Shown one piece after another: positions 1-10,303 of a stretch of DNA of 64,000 bases. The notes below the pieces were generated by a model. That model was not told the DNA's origin, searched no databases, and saw only the letters and a program-made list of their open reading frames with translations. Both the position numbers and the translations under genes were made by a program. Within the stretch, counting starts at the first letter, position 1. Every line of letters starts with the position of its first letter. Source of the DNA: Candidatus Eiseniibacteriota bacterium (GTDB lineage Bacteria > Eisenbacteria > RBG-16-71-46); assembly GCA_963725865.1 (NCBI GenBank), contig CAVSAC010000019.1, positions 96,001-160,000 on the forward strand, given 5' to 3'.

Positions 1-948
1 GACGCGCCCCTTGTCGCCCTGTGACCGCAGCCGCGGGTGACCCATCGCCACCGCCTCGCGGGTGCGGCGGTCGAAGTCGACCGAATCGGCGTCGAGCTCG
101 GTCTTGTTCGCCTCGTCGAAGCCCTGGACGTTGCCGCGCGCCTGCACCACGAGCGAGTCGCGCCAGTAGATGGCCCGGTCGGAATCGAGCCGCTGCTCGC
201 GGTCGCGCCCGTGCACGCGACCCGTCAGTTCCGCGCGCCCGCGGCGGCGATCGTACGTGCCATAGGGCGCCTTGAGCTCGGCATCGCGATCGCGGACGAC
301 GACGTTCCCATCGAGCTGGATCAGGTCCTCGTTCTCGAGGAACGTGGCGCGATCGCAGGTCAGCGTGGTCGTACTGTCGACCATCTTCACGCGCCCCTCG
401 AGGAACAGCAGCCCCTGCGCGCGCAGGTAGCGGCCGGCGTCCGAGGTGAGGATGGCGCGGCCGCGGACGACCTTGAGGTTGCCGTTCAGCAGGATGATGT
501 CGCCCTCGGGGCCGCGGCTGCCGGTCATGTTGTCGGCGCGGATGTCGAGGGGGGGCTCGGGGGCGGGGGGTTGGGCGAACGCGGGCGTGGTCGCGGTGCA
601 CACGATCGACAGCACGGACGCCAGGCTCGCGATGGCGAGCGCCCGCACGCGGCTCGACTTGGCGAGCGCGTGCTTCTGGCTCGCCATGGTGCGCACGGTC
701 TTCTGGCTCGCCATGGCGAGCGTCTCGGCGGTGCCGGTCCAGGGGGACACGGATCGAGGCACGCTCGGCTGCGGCATCCTGCCTCCGCCTCGCTGCGCCT
801 TCGGCCGGCTCCGCCAGTCCCTGGCTCCGCCGACCTCAGGGGCGCCTCGCTCCGTGTCCCCCTGGACCGGCACCGCACGGTCGAGGATGGGCGGGGCCGC
901 TGCTCGGGCGTCTCGCGCCGTGGCTGCCTGGAGCGGGGGGGAGCTCAT
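1..948 (-). CDS. LptD/OstA(LptA)-like beta-jellyroll envelope protein, 3'-truncated by window edge
   Basis: Not in the ORF track because it has no stop in the window. Manual minus-strand translation from ATG 948 (TGATG overlap with folC stop) or ATG 714 gives a signal-peptide-like segment (RVRALAIASLASVLSIVCTATTPAFAQ), then OstA-type repeats (LDIRADNM..IILLNGNLKVVRG..LFLEGRVKMVD..LTCDRATF..IQLDGNVVV..VQARGNV). Confidence 0.7.
   Translation of the reverse strand, partial: MSSPPLQAATARDARAAAPPILDRAVPVQGDTERGAPEVGGARDWRSRPKAQRGGGRMPQPSVPRSVSPWTGTAETLAMASQKTVRTMASQKHALAKSSRVRALAIASLASVLSIVCTATTPAFAQPPAPEPPLDIRADNMTGSRGPEGDIILLNGNLKVVRGRAILTSDAGRYLRAQGLLFLEGRVKMVDSTTTLTCDRATFLENEDLIQLDGNVVVRDRDAELKAPYGTYDRRRGRAELTGRVHGRDREQRLDSDRAIYWRDSLVVQARGNVQGFDEANKTELDADSVDFDRRTREAVAMGHPRLRSQGDKGRV
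673..716. repeat. 17-bp direct repeat, 27-bp period (encodes MASQK twice)
   Basis: CTTCTGGCTCGCCATGG at 673-689 and 700-716. Confidence 0.7.
728..876. repeat. 149-bp palindromic (MITE/REP-like) element with 33-bp terminal inverted repeats
   Basis: 728-760 GCGGTGCCGGTCCAGGGGGACACGGATCGAGGC matches the reverse complement of 844-876 with one mismatch. Two internal hairpins have TCC loops (773-783, 813-825). Confidence 0.8.
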
Positions 949-2237
949 CACAGCATCTCCCCGGGGGCGCCACCGAAGGACTCCATGGCTTCGCCGACGG
1001 CGAACAGCGAGCCGGTGAGCAGCACCGGGCCATCCGGGGTGGCGGCGAGGGCGGCGCGGCAGGCGGCTGGGACGTCGGCCTGGGGCTCGGCGTCCCAGCC
1101 CTGCTCGCGGGCGGCGGCGAGCAGGGCGGCGGTGGGCAGCGCGCGCTCGTTGCGGGTGCGCGTGGGGAACAGACGCGCGCCGGGTGCGAAGGCCTGCAGC
1201 ACCTCGAGCATGCGGTCGGCGGGCTTGTCGCGCGAGAGCGCGAGCACCAGCGCGCGCGGTGCCGGCAGCGCGGCCGCCTCCCATGCCCGCCGCAGCGCGG
1301 CGAGGCCGTCGGGGTTGTGCGCGCCGTCCCACCACAGCCGCGGCTGCGTCGGGCAGCGCTCGAAGCGCCCGGGCCAGCGGGCCGCGGCGCAGCCGGCCTC
1401 GACCGCCGCGCGCGGGAGGTTCACGCCGCGCTCCGCCAGCACGTCGAGCGCCGCCAGCGCGGGCTCGAGGTTCAGCGCGAGCAGCGGACCGAGCCCCGCC
1501 GTGGCGATGCGCACCTCGTCCCAGGCGCGGGTGTCGAACACGAGCGCGCCGGGGCTCGCGTCCGGGCGGCGGCGCACGCGCGCCGCCACGGCGATCCGCT
1601 CCGCGCCCACGCGGCTCGCGGCCGCGGCGATCACGTCCTGCGCGCGTGCGTCGCCGGCATCCTCGACCACCGGCACGCCGGGCTTGACGATCCCGGCCTT
1701 CTCGCCCGCGATCGCCTCGAGCGTGTCCCCGAGCACCTCGGTGTGATCGAGGCCGATGCGCGTGATCACGCTCACGTCCGGCGTGATCACGTTGGTGGTG
1801 TCGAGGCGCCCGCCGAGGCCGACCTCGATCACGGCCCACTCGACGCCCTGCTCGGCGAACCACGCGAAGCCGAGCGCGGTGGCGACCTCGAAGAACGTGC
1901 GGTCGCGGCCCGCCGGCAGCGACTCGATGCGACGCAGGGTGCGCTCCAGCCACGCCTCGTCCGCCCAGCGGCCGCTCACGCGGATGCGCTCGCGGAAGTC
2001 CACCAGGTGCGGCGACGTGAACAGCCCGGTGCGATGTCCGGCCGCGCGCAGCACTCGTTCGACGAGCGTGCACACCGAACCCTTGCCGTTGGTGCCGGCG
2101 ACGTGCACGGCGTGGAAGCGGTGGTGGGGATCGCCGAGCGCCGCGAGCAGCTCCCGCGTGCCGTCGAGTCCGAGCTTGTCCCTGCGGCGCTCGAGCCCAT
2201 ACAGCGCCTCGAGCGCCTGCTGGAGCGACACGGTCAC
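948..2237 (-). CDS. folC: Folylpolyglutamate synthase/dihydrofolate synthase
   Basis: HVAGTNGKGS P-loop, FTSPHL, EVGLGGRLDTTN, WPGRFE, DGAHNPDG, GSLFAVG; lies directly downstream of accD. Confidence 0.95.
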   Translation of the reverse strand: MTVSLQQALEALYGLERRRDKLGLDGTRELLAALGDPHHRFHAVHVAGTNGKGSVCTLVERVLRAAGHRTGLFTSPHLVDFRERIRVSGRWADEAWLERTLRRIESLPAGRDRTFFEVATALGFAWFAEQGVEWAVIEVGLGGRLDTTNVITPDVSVITRIGLDHTEVLGDTLEAIAGEKAGIVKPGVPVVEDAGDARAQDVIAAAASRVGAERIAVAARVRRRPDASPGALVFDTRAWDEVRIATAGLGPLLALNLEPALAALDVLAERGVNLPRAAVEAGCAAARWPGRFERCPTQPRLWWDGAHNPDGLAALRRAWEAAALPAPRALVLALSRDKPADRMLEVLQAFAPGARLFPTRTRNERALPTAALLAAAREQGWDAEPQADVPAACRAALAATPDGPVLLTGSLFAVGEAMESFGGAPGEML

Positions 2238-2238
2238 C

Positions 2239-3177
2239 TCACCGACCTTGTAGTGCGGCCGTCGCGGGGAGCTCGGACCAGGATGCGTGCGGGGAGGGCT
2301 TGCCCTCCGCCGCGAAACCTCGGGTGGAACGCCAGAAGAACTCCAGGATGTGCCCGACCTCCTCGCGCATGCGCTTGCGATGCACGATGCGGTCGACGAA
2401 GCCCTTCTCGAGCACGAACTCCGAGCGCTGGAAGCCCGCCGGCAGGTCCTCGCCGATGGTCTGGCGGATGACGCGCGCGCCGGCGAATCCGACCAGCGCC
2501 TTCGGCTCGGCGATGATGACGTCGCCGAGCGAGGCGTAGGAGGCCAGCACGCCGGCCGTGGAGGGATCGGTCAGCAGCGACAGGAACGGCAGCCGCTCGT
2601 CCTGCAGGCGCGCCAGCAGCGCGCTGGTCTTGGCCATCTGCATGAGCGAGAGGATGCCCTCCTGCATGCGTGCGCCGCCGGTCGCCGAGACCAGGATCAG
2701 CGCGCGCCGCTCCGCCAGCGCGGACTCGATCGAGCGGGCCACCTTCTCGCCCACCACCGAGCCCATGCTGCCGCCCATGAAGAAGAAGTCCATCACGGTC
2801 GCCGCGACCGGCTTGCCCATCACCGTGGCGACGCCCGAGAGCGCGGCGTCCTTCATGCCGGTATCGTGCTGGGCGGCCTTGAGGCGGTCCGGGTAGCGCA
2901 TCTTCGCGTCGCGGAACTCGAGCGGGTCGCCCGCCTCGAGCGACTCGAAGCGCTCCTCGAACGAGTCGGGATCGAACAGGTAGCCGGCGTAGTCACGCGC
3001 CGGCACCCGGAAATGATGCTCGCAGTTCGGGCAGGTCCAGAGGTTCTCCTCGAGCACCGACTGGAACAGCGCCTCGCCGCAGCCATCACACTTGGTCCAC
3101 AGTCCTTCGGGGACCTCGGCGCGCTCGTCGCGCGACGTGGACTGGATGCCCTTGCGCTCCCGCTTGAGCCACGACAT
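2239..3177 (-). CDS. accD: Acetyl-CoA carboxylase carboxyltransferase beta subunit
   Basis: GLWTKCDGC..CPNCEHH zinc finger, GGSMGSVVGEK, GGARMQEG, GFAGARVI. Start placed at MSWLKRE (ATG 3177). Confidence 0.95.
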   Translation of the reverse strand: MSWLKRERKGIQSTSRDERAEVPEGLWTKCDGCGEALFQSVLEENLWTCPNCEHHFRVPARDYAGYLFDPDSFEERFESLEAGDPLEFRDAKMRYPDRLKAAQHDTGMKDAALSGVATVMGKPVAATVMDFFFMGGSMGSVVGEKVARSIESALAERRALILVSATGGARMQEGILSLMQMAKTSALLARLQDERLPFLSLLTDPSTAGVLASYASLGDVIIAEPKALVGFAGARVIRQTIGEDLPAGFQRSEFVLEKGFVDRIVHRKRMREEVGHILEFFWRSTRGFAAEGKPSPHASWSELPATAALQGR

Positions 3178-3206
3178 GTCGTTGGGCGTTCTCCGGGTCT
3201 CGACGA

Positions 3207-4430
3207 TCAGCTCGACGGCTGGGGACGCCACTCCATCACGAGTGCATCCTCGCCGTTGTCACGATAATACCCGCGTCGCAACGCCGCCAACCGGAATCCA
3301 TGCGACCGGTACAGCGCCTGCGCCGCGGCGTTGGTGGCGCGCACCTCGAGCGCCAGCCGCGAATCGCCGGCCGCCCGGGCGGCATCCATCACGTCCTCCA
3401 GGAGCCGGCGCGCGAGCCCGCGGCGCCGCGCGGCCGGCACCACCGCCACGTTGTCGAGGTGCCCGTCGCCGGCTCCCACCCAGGCGATGCTGTAGCCCAG
3501 GATGCCGCCGAACGGCGCGTCGGGCGCCGGCGGGTCCGCCGCGACGATGCGCGCGTGGGCGAGCGGGTGCCCGAGCGCGCTGCGGAAGAACGACTCGGGC
3601 CAGGGATCCGAGAAGACCTCCAGCTCGATCGCGGCGACGGCCGGGATGTCGGCGGGCGCGAACGGTCGCAGCGTCACCTTCTCGGCCGCCAGCGCCCGGC
3701 GCCGCACGCGTTCCTCGGCCTGCGCCGGACGCACGTAGAGCGGCCGCGGATGCTCGTCCGCGCGCGGCCCGCCCATGAGCATCAATCGCGGGCTCTGCAC
3801 CACCGTCGCCAGGTCGAGCGCGGAGAGTCCCTCGAAGCGCCACGCGGGCTCGGTGCTCCCGGGATGCGCCTGCTCGAGCACCGCGCGCTCGCGCGCCGCG
3901 CCCGGCCCTACGAACCGCACGCTCGCGCGATCGAGCAGGCCCTGGGCCTCCGCGACCGCGGTGAGGATCTCGGCGGGCGGGCCGACTCGCGGCGCCGCCA
4001 GCTGCGTGACCTGCCCGCGCGGGTCGCAGCGGTAGAACCCAGCGTAGACGTCGCGGCGCCCGGCGGTCACCAGCGGAACCAGCAGCATCCGGCGGGCGCG
4101 CGCGGACGCGTCGGCCCCCGCGCCGAACGCGAGTGCCGCCAGCGACGGGGCGCCCAGCAATCGCGCGCCCGCCGCGAGCGCGATCGCTTCGGCGCTCGCC
4201 AGCCCGACGCGCACGCCGGTGAAGGAGCCCGGCCCGAGATCCGCGGCGACCCATTCCAGCCGCGCCGGGCTGCAGCCGGCGCCCGCGAGCGCACGCTCCA
4301 TCAGGGGCGCCAGCCGGCGCGTGTGACCGTAGGCGACGTCCTCGCGCTCGTGGGCGAGCGGCGCGCCCGCGTCGTCGCACACCAGCACCTCGACGTGATC
4401 GGTCGCCGCCTCGATCGCGAGCCCGCTCAT
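3207..4430 (-). CDS. tsaB: TsaB (t6A biosynthesis) fused to RimI-like GNAT acetyltransferase
   Basis: N-part has LAIEAAT and [15 protein letters not shown]-part has [44 protein letters not shown]. One continuous ORF, ATG 4430 overlapping the tsaE stop. Confidence 0.88.
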   Translation of the reverse strand: MSGLAIEAATDHVEVLVCDDAGAPLAHEREDVAYGHTRRLAPLMERALAGAGCSPARLEWVAADLGPGSFTGVRVGLASAEAIALAAGARLLGAPSLAALAFGAGADASARARRMLLVPLVTAGRRDVYAGFYRCDPRGQVTQLAAPRVGPPAEILTAVAEAQGLLDRASVRFVGPGAARERAVLEQAHPGSTEPAWRFEGLSALDLATVVQSPRLMLMGGPRADEHPRPLYVRPAQAEERVRRRALAAEKVTLRPFAPADIPAVAAIELEVFSDPWPESFFRSALGHPLAHARIVAADPPAPDAPFGGILGYSIAWVGAGDGHLDNVAVVPAARRRGLARRLLEDVMDAARAAGDSRLALEVRATNAAAQALYRSHGFRLAALRRGYYRDNGEDALVMEWRPQPSS

Positions 4431-4930
4431 GGAGCCGCCGGCGCGGGCAGCGCGATCCACGCCGCCTGCAGCTCGAGGCCCCGCCCCGCGCTCGCCGAGG
4501 CGCGCAGGATGCGCTGGTCGCCGGGGCCGGGCTCGAACACGATGCACAGCGCCTCGCGCAGGAACGCCGACGGCAGCTTCTCGCCCCATTCCACCACCAG
4601 CGCGCCGCGCTCGACGTACTCCTCGAGGCCGAGCGCGTCGGCGTCCATGCGCTCGATGCGGTAGAGGTCGAGATGGAACAGCGACAGCCCGCCGTGGTAC
4701 TCGTTCACCAGCGTGAACGACGGACTGCGCACGCGCGAGCCGGGATTGAGGCCGCGCGCCAGCCCCGCCACGAACCGCGTCTTGCCGGCGCCCAGCGGGC
4801 CCGTCAGCGCCAGCACGTCGCCGGTGCGCAGCGCCCGCGCCAGGGCCTCGCCGAGCGCCTCGGTGGCCTCGGTGGACGCGCTCGCGCGCGGCGGCGCCTC
4901 GCGGGCCGCGGGCTCCCGCGCGTCGCTCAT
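4427..4930 (-). CDS. tsaE: tRNA threonylcarbamoyladenosine biosynthesis ATPase
   Basis: [31 protein letters not shown] 4930. Confidence 0.93.
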   Translation of the reverse strand: MSDAREPAAREAPPRASASTEATEALGEALARALRTGDVLALTGPLGAGKTRFVAGLARGLNPGSRVRSPSFTLVNEYHGGLSLFHLDLYRIERMDADALGLEEYVERGALVVEWGEKLPSAFLREALCIVFEPGPGDQRILRASASAGRGLELQAAWIALPAPAAP

Positions 4931-6496
4931 GCGCGCGGGCGCAGGGTGACGAGCGGCAGGATCATCTCCTCGACCGAGATGCCGCCGTGCTGCAGGGAAT
5001 TGCGGTACTGGCGCTCGTATTCGTGGAAGCGGGTCGGGTAGACGAAGTAGTAGTCCTCGCGCGCGAGCACGTAGTTCTTGTTCACGCCGCCCTCCGGCAG
5101 CATCCAGTCCGTGGGCCGCTTCACGGTCACCGCGGTCTTGGCGTCGGCGTTGAGGTTGACGCCGAACTTGTAGCGCAGGTTGGTCGAGGTGTCGCGGTTG
5201 CCGTAGACCAGTGCCGCGCGGCGCCCGAGCACCGCGCCGTGATCGGTGGTCAGTACCACGGTCGCGTCCTGGCTGGCGAGGGCGCGGAAGATCTCGTAGA
5301 GCGGACTGTGGACGAACCACGCCTTCATCACCGCGCGGAACGCCGCCTCGTCGGGGGCCAGCTCCTGCAGGATCTCGCTCTCGGATCGCCCGTGCGCGAG
5401 GATGTCGAGGAAGTTGAACACCATGCTCGTGAGGGGCACGCCCGCGAACGAGTTGATCTGACGCCGGGTGTTGATGGCCTCGTCCTGGTCGTAGATCTTG
5501 AGGTACTTCGGCGCGGTCGCCGGCGTGAACTTGAGGCGCTCGAGCTGATGGTCGAGCAGCTGGCGCTCGAAGCGGTTCTTGGTGCGCTCGTCCTTGGTGT
5601 CCTCCTGCCACAGATCGGGGTGCTTCTGCTGCAACTGCGCGGGCAGCAGACCCGAGAAGATCGCGTTGCGCGAGTACGGCGTCGCGGTCGGCAGGATCGA
5701 GCAGTAGTACTCGCGCTGGACCTCGAACAGCTCCTCGAGCAGCGGCTCGAGCGTGAACCACTGATCGAGCCGCATGCAGTCGATGATCACGAACACCACG
5801 CGCCGTCCCGCCTTCAGGTGCGGCAGGATGGCGTGGCTCACCACGTCGGTCGAGAGCAGCGGGCGCTCCGCGGCGCCGTGCACCCAGCCCGGGTAGCGGT
5901 CCTCGATGAAGCGTCCGAAGTCGATGTTGAGGCCGCGGCGGAAGTCCGCGTGCGCCTGCTTGAGTCCCTCCTCCTGCACCGTGTCGAAGCGCACGTCCCA
6001 GCGCGCCACGTCCACCGCGATGTCGATCCAGCCCTGCCAGTCGAGCGAGCGCAGGTCCATGGTCTGCCAGCGCTGCATCTCGGCGACGTAGTCTCTCGCG
6101 CGCTGCGAGTCCTGCAGCCGCTGGGACTCGAACACGCGCTTGCAGGCGAGGAATACCTGCGAGGGGTTGACCGGCTTGATCAGGTAGTCGGTGATGTGGC
6201 GCCCGATCGCCTCGTTCATGAGCGTCTCCTCCTCGCTCTTGGTGATCAGGATCACCGGCAGCGAGACGTCGCGCTCCTTGAGGGCATTGAGGGTCTCGAG
6301 ACCGCCCGAGGCCCGGCATCATCTCGTCGAGCAGCACCACGTCGAAGCGGCCCTTCGCGAGCGCTTCGAGGGCGTCCGTGCCGCTCGGCACCGCGGTCAC
6401 GGCGAACCCCTTCTGCTCGAGGAAGCGGATGTGCGGGCGCAGCAGGTCGATCTCGTCGTCGGCCCAGAGGATGTGGCGTCGGGTGTCGTCGGTCAT
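4927..6496 (-). CDS. porX: PorX-like response regulator (receiver + PglZ/alkaline-phosphatase domain); +1 frameshift near 6305
   Basis: Receiver [22 protein letters not shown] joins (L)[15 protein letters not shown] when one G of CTCGGGC is removed. PglZ motifs [28 protein letters not shown]. Confidence 0.82.
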
Positions 6497-6695
6497 GGTC
6501 GTCCGAGGTCGGGAGGAACGCGCCGCGCGGCGCGGCAGGCGATGGATCGCGGGGAGCGGTTCGCACACGCATGATAGCGTGTGCCCGCTGGCGGTGCACA
6601 CCTGGGCGCCCCCGGCCCGCCGTCCCGCGCCGCGCCCGCGCGGGTCCGGCCGCGCGCGTGCGTCCCCGCCGCGCCCCACGCGCTCACCAAAAGCG

Positions 6696-6725
6696 TTGAC
6701 GCATCACGTTCACGCCGCCTACGGT
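6696..6725 (+). promoter_or_regulatory. Putative sigma70 promoter TTGACG-N18-TACGGT
   Basis: Upstream of the M28 peptidase gene; same spacing as four other promoter candidates. Confidence 0.45.
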
Positions 6726-6767
6726 CGGGTCCTCCCCGTCGAACCCCTCGAAGTGAAAGGTGGTTCC

Positions 6768-8429
6768 ATGCGAACGCAGGTGCGGTCCTGGGGCGTGGCG
6801 CTGGGCGCCGTGCTGATGGCGTCGCTGGCGGCCGGACCGCCGCCCGAGCCGCCGACCGCACGCGCGCTCGCCGCGCTGAGCGCCGACCGGCTGCGAGCCC
6901 ACGTCACCGCGCTCGCGGACGATGCGATGGAGGGGCGCGGCACCGGGACCGCGGGCTACGACCGGGCCGCCGCGTACGTCGCCGCGCAGATGCGCGCCAT
7001 CGGCCTCGCGCCGGGCGTGGGCGGGCGCTCGTACTTCCAGCCGGTGCCACTCGCGCGCGGCGACGTGCGCGAGGAGGACTGCCGGCTCGTGGTGTCCTAC
7101 GACGACGTGCGCGCCGGCTCCGAGCTGGTCGAGCGCCCGCTGCGCTACGGCGAGGACTACCTGATGTCCGCCGACCTGCTGCGCGACAGCACCACGCTCG
7201 CCGCCCCCATGGTGTTCGTGGGCTACGGCGTGGTGGCGCCGGAGCTCGGCCACGACGACTACGCGGGCGTCGACGTGCACGGGCGCGTCGCGGTGGCGCT
7301 GGCCGGCGCGCCGGACTCGTTCCCCAGCGACCAGCGGGCCTACTACTCGTGGGGCCCCCTCAAGGAGCGCGAGGCGGCGGCCCACGGCGCGCGCGGCCTG
7401 GTGTCGGTGCGCACGCCGAGCGAGGAACGCCGCACGCCCTGGGATCGCGCCGTGCGGCAGTCGCTGCTGCCGGCGCTGCGCTGGACCGATCCCGCCGGCA
7501 TCCCGCACGACACGCACCCCGAGCTCGAGGTGGTGGGGACGCTCGCGCGCGGCGGCGCCGAGGCGGTCTTCGACCCGATGCCGTTCGACAGCGTGCTCGC
7601 GGGCAGCGGCGCGGCCGGGCTGCACAACACGCCGTTCCACGTGCTGCACGCCCGGCGCGTCACCGCGCGCTCGCGCGCCACGAGCCCCAACGTGGTGGGG
7701 GTGCTGCGCGGCTCCGATCGGCGCCTGCGCGATCAATGGGTCGTGGTGAGCGCCCACCTCGACCATCTCGGTATCTCGGCGCCGGTCCGCGGCGATTCGA
7801 TCAACAACGGCGCCTACGACAACGCCTCGGGGGTGGCGATCCTGCTCGAGGTCGCGCGCGCGCTCGCGAGCCAGCAGCCGCGGCCGCGCCGCTCGATCGC
7901 GTTCGTCGCGGTGACCGGCGAGGAGAAGGGCCTGCAGGGCTCCGACTTCTTCGCGCGCTTCCCGACCCTGCCGAAGGGAACGCTGGTGGCCGACGTGAAC
8001 CTCGACATGGTCCTGATGCTCGCTCCGCTGCGCGACGTGGTCGCGTTTGGCGCCGAGCACTCGAGCCTCGGCGGCGTGGTGCGGCGCGCGGCCGACCGGC
8101 TCGGGCTCGCGGTGAGCCCGGATCCGAACCCCGAGCAGGTGGTGTTCATCCGCAGCGACCAGTTCTCGTTCGTGCGCCGGGGGATCCCGGCCGTGTTCCC
8201 GGTCGGCGGACGGCCCGCGGACTCCACGGCGCTGGCGGAGCGCACGCGCTGGATGCACGAGGTCTATCACTCGCCGCAGGACGACCTGTCGCAGTCGTTC
8301 CGGTGGGACGAGGGCGTCACGTTCGCGAAGCTCGCGCTGCTCATGACGCTCGACATCGCCGACGCGGCCCAGCGCCCGACCTGGAACGCGGGCGACTTCT
8401 TCGGTGCGACGTTCGGGCGCAAGCGCTGA
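6768..8429 (+). CDS. M28 family metallopeptidase with PA domain, secreted
   Basis: Signal-like N-terminus (ATG 6768); SAHLDHLG, GAYDNASG, GEEKGLQGS, NLDM, RSDQ, YHSPQD. Confidence 0.9.
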   Translation: MRTQVRSWGVALGAVLMASLAAGPPPEPPTARALAALSADRLRAHVTALADDAMEGRGTGTAGYDRAAAYVAAQMRAIGLAPGVGGRSYFQPVPLARGDVREEDCRLVVSYDDVRAGSELVERPLRYGEDYLMSADLLRDSTTLAAPMVFVGYGVVAPELGHDDYAGVDVHGRVAVALAGAPDSFPSDQRAYYSWGPLKEREAAAHGARGLVSVRTPSEERRTPWDRAVRQSLLPALRWTDPAGIPHDTHPELEVVGTLARGGAEAVFDPMPFDSVLAGSGAAGLHNTPFHVLHARRVTARSRATSPNVVGVLRGSDRRLRDQWVVVSAHLDHLGISAPVRGDSINNGAYDNASGVAILLEVARALASQQPRPRRSIAFVAVTGEEKGLQGSDFFARFPTLPKGTLVADVNLDMVLMLAPLRDVVAFGAEHSSLGGVVRRAADRLGLAVSPDPNPEQVVFIRSDQFSFVRRGIPAVFPVGGRPADSTALAERTRWMHEVYHSPQDDLSQSFRWDEGVTFAKLALLMTLDIADAAQRPTWNAGDFFGATFGRKR

Positions 8430-8461
8430 GCGATGCCCGAGCCGCCGCGAGCGAGCGAGGC

Positions 8462-10270
8462 GTGAGTCAGCCGCGGGCCGCGCGCCCCCGCGAGCTCTGG
8501 TGGCTGACGGTGCCGATCGCCGCGGGGATCCTGCTCCTGGCGTGCCGGGGAGCGCCACTCGGCGAAGCGGTGGCGGATGACTTCGACTTCCTTCACGACG
8601 CCCTCTTCGAGCGGTTCTCCTTTTTCGACGGCGGCGGTTCGCAGGTGTTCTGGCGCCCGCTGGCTCAGCAGGTCTACTTCCGCTCCATCGGCCGACTGGC
8701 GCTGAGCCATCCAAGCGTGCTCGCCGGCATCCACCTCGTCCTGCTCATGGCCGCGGCGCTCGTGCTGTACCGGGCGGCCCGACGTTTCGTTCCCGCACCG
8801 GCAGCGGCGGCCGTCGCGACCTTTCCGCTGCTCGCGGAGCCCACTCGGAACCTGCTCGGCTGGGCGAGCCACTCCGCCGATCTCGGGCTGTTCCTCTTCA
8901 CCTCCCTGGCCTTGCACGAAGCGACTCGAAGGCGCCTCGTCACGACGCTGGCGGCCCTAGGTGCCGCGCTCCTGTGCAAGGAGTTCGCGGTGCTCGCCGC
9001 GTTGTCGGTGCCCTGGGTCGCGGCCCACGAAGCGCGCTCGCGCCGGGTCCCCCTGGTCTGGGGCATCGCAGTGGCGGCGCTCCTGGCGGTCTGGGCACTC
9101 GCGTACGGCATGGTCTGCACGCGCGCCGGACTCGCACCGACGCTCGGCATTCCCTCCGGCATCCGCGGCGCACCGGCGAGTGCGGCCAGCAACCTGTTCC
9201 ACGCGGGAGTCCTCGGCCTGCGATCGTCGTTCAGCCTCGGTGCCGTGGCCGGCCGGTGGGACCGCTGGGCCGCGGTGGCGGGCCTCCTGGTGGCGGCGGC
9301 CGCGGTCGGGATCGCGGCGAGGGACCGTGGTGCGCGCGCGCGGCTGCGCGAGCGACGGGCGGTGATCGCATGGGGCGCGGCGTGGTTCGTTCTCACGACG
9401 GCAGTGCTGGCGAGCGGGCTCCCGATCTGGCAGCCCTACCGGACGGTGTGGACGGCGCCGGGCCTCGCCGTCGCGATCATGATCCCGCTGTGGTCGATTC
9501 GGCCGTGGCTGGCCGTGGCGGTCGTGCTACTGCGGACGAGCCTGCTCCTGTTGGCTCCCGCGCTGCCCGATGCCGTCAGTCCGCAGCCGGAAGCAACCGG
9601 CGCATGGCTCGATTTCGGCAGGCTCGTCCGCCTGCAGCGGCTGATGATCGACACGCGGACGGCGCTCGAGACGCGCTACCCAACGCTGCCGCCACGATCG
9701 CGCGTCGGGCAGCACTTCTTTCCCCAGGCGAGCGTGTACGCGCTGTCCGGGGACAAGGCGGTACAGGTGTGGTACCGCGATCCGACCCTGCGGTGGACGC
9801 GCTTCGACGACGTCATGCGGGGAGCGTCGGCGAGCCTGGTCACGATCGCGGAGTACCAGCCGAGCGGGCGGCCGCAGGTCGCGCTGGTGCGCCCGGAGGC
9901 GATGGAGATGCGGCTCGCCGCGATGGACTCGCTGAAGGCCGGCGCGTGGGCGTCCGCGCTGCTGGCGTTCGAGCGTGCCGACCAGCTGCAGGACGACACA
10001 TCGGCGCGACTGTTCTTCGGCTCCACTGCATACGGAAGGGCGTACTGCGACGCGGCGCTCGGCCGGTATGCCGACGCGGAGGCCGAGGCGCGCCGCGCGC
10101 TGGCCACCGGACAGGTCGAGCGGAACGCCCGGTTCGTGCTCGCGCTGACGTTCGCGTCGGAGGGACGAACGGTCGACGCGCTCACCCAGCTGGACAGTCT
10201 GTTGGCCCGGACTCCGGGGGACGCCGATGCGCTCGATCTCCGCCGGCGGATCACCGCATCTCGCCCGTGA
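8462..10270 (+). CDS. Polytopic membrane protein, GT-C-fold glycosyltransferase-like, with C-terminal TPRs
   Basis: VADDFDFL after TM1, WRPL, LLCKE, many TM segments, TPR-like helices at the C-terminus; GTG 8462 start assumed. Confidence 0.55.
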   Translation: MSQPRAARPRELWWLTVPIAAGILLLACRGAPLGEAVADDFDFLHDALFERFSFFDGGGSQVFWRPLAQQVYFRSIGRLALSHPSVLAGIHLVLLMAAALVLYRAARRFVPAPAAAAVATFPLLAEPTRNLLGWASHSADLGLFLFTSLALHEATRRRLVTTLAALGAALLCKEFAVLAALSVPWVAAHEARSRRVPLVWGIAVAALLAVWALAYGMVCTRAGLAPTLGIPSGIRGAPASAASNLFHAGVLGLRSSFSLGAVAGRWDRWAAVAGLLVAAAAVGIAARDRGARARLRERRAVIAWGAAWFVLTTAVLASGLPIWQPYRTVWTAPGLAVAIMIPLWSIRPWLAVAVVLLRTSLLLLAPALPDAVSPQPEATGAWLDFGRLVRLQRLMIDTRTALETRYPTLPPRSRVGQHFFPQASVYALSGDKAVQVWYRDPTLRWTRFDDVMRGASASLVTIAEYQPSGRPQVALVRPEAMEMRLAAMDSLKAGAWASALLAFERADQLQDDTSARLFFGSTAYGRAYCDAALGRYADAEAEARRALATGQVERNARFVLALTFASEGRTVDALTQLDSLLARTPGDADALDLRRRITASRP

Positions 10271-10303
10271 TCCGGGTGATTGCGCCGTCGCTCGCCACGC
10301 CCG

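Noticed and set aside
37..1746. Long plus-strand ORF (569 aa) and many similar long ORFs, e.g. 16227-18563(-), 20203-22656(+), 51729-54464(+), 58333-61599(+)
   Set aside because: Antisense or off-frame shadows of real genes, expected in very GC-rich DNA; Arg/Ala/Gly-rich with no family motifs.
4927..6255. PglZ domain as evidence of a BREX defence system
   Set aside because: Fused to a receiver domain in a tsaE operon, which is the PorX architecture; no brxC, pglX or brxL nearby.
4427..6679. Apparent receiver domain-TsaE fusion (750 aa)
   Set aside because: Created by the +1 indel in porX; the middle is off-frame sequence and tsaE has its own ATG at 4930.
6581..10270. 1229-aa ORF
   Set aside because: Only the part from about 8462 looks like protein; the upstream part is an alternate frame of the M28 peptidase.
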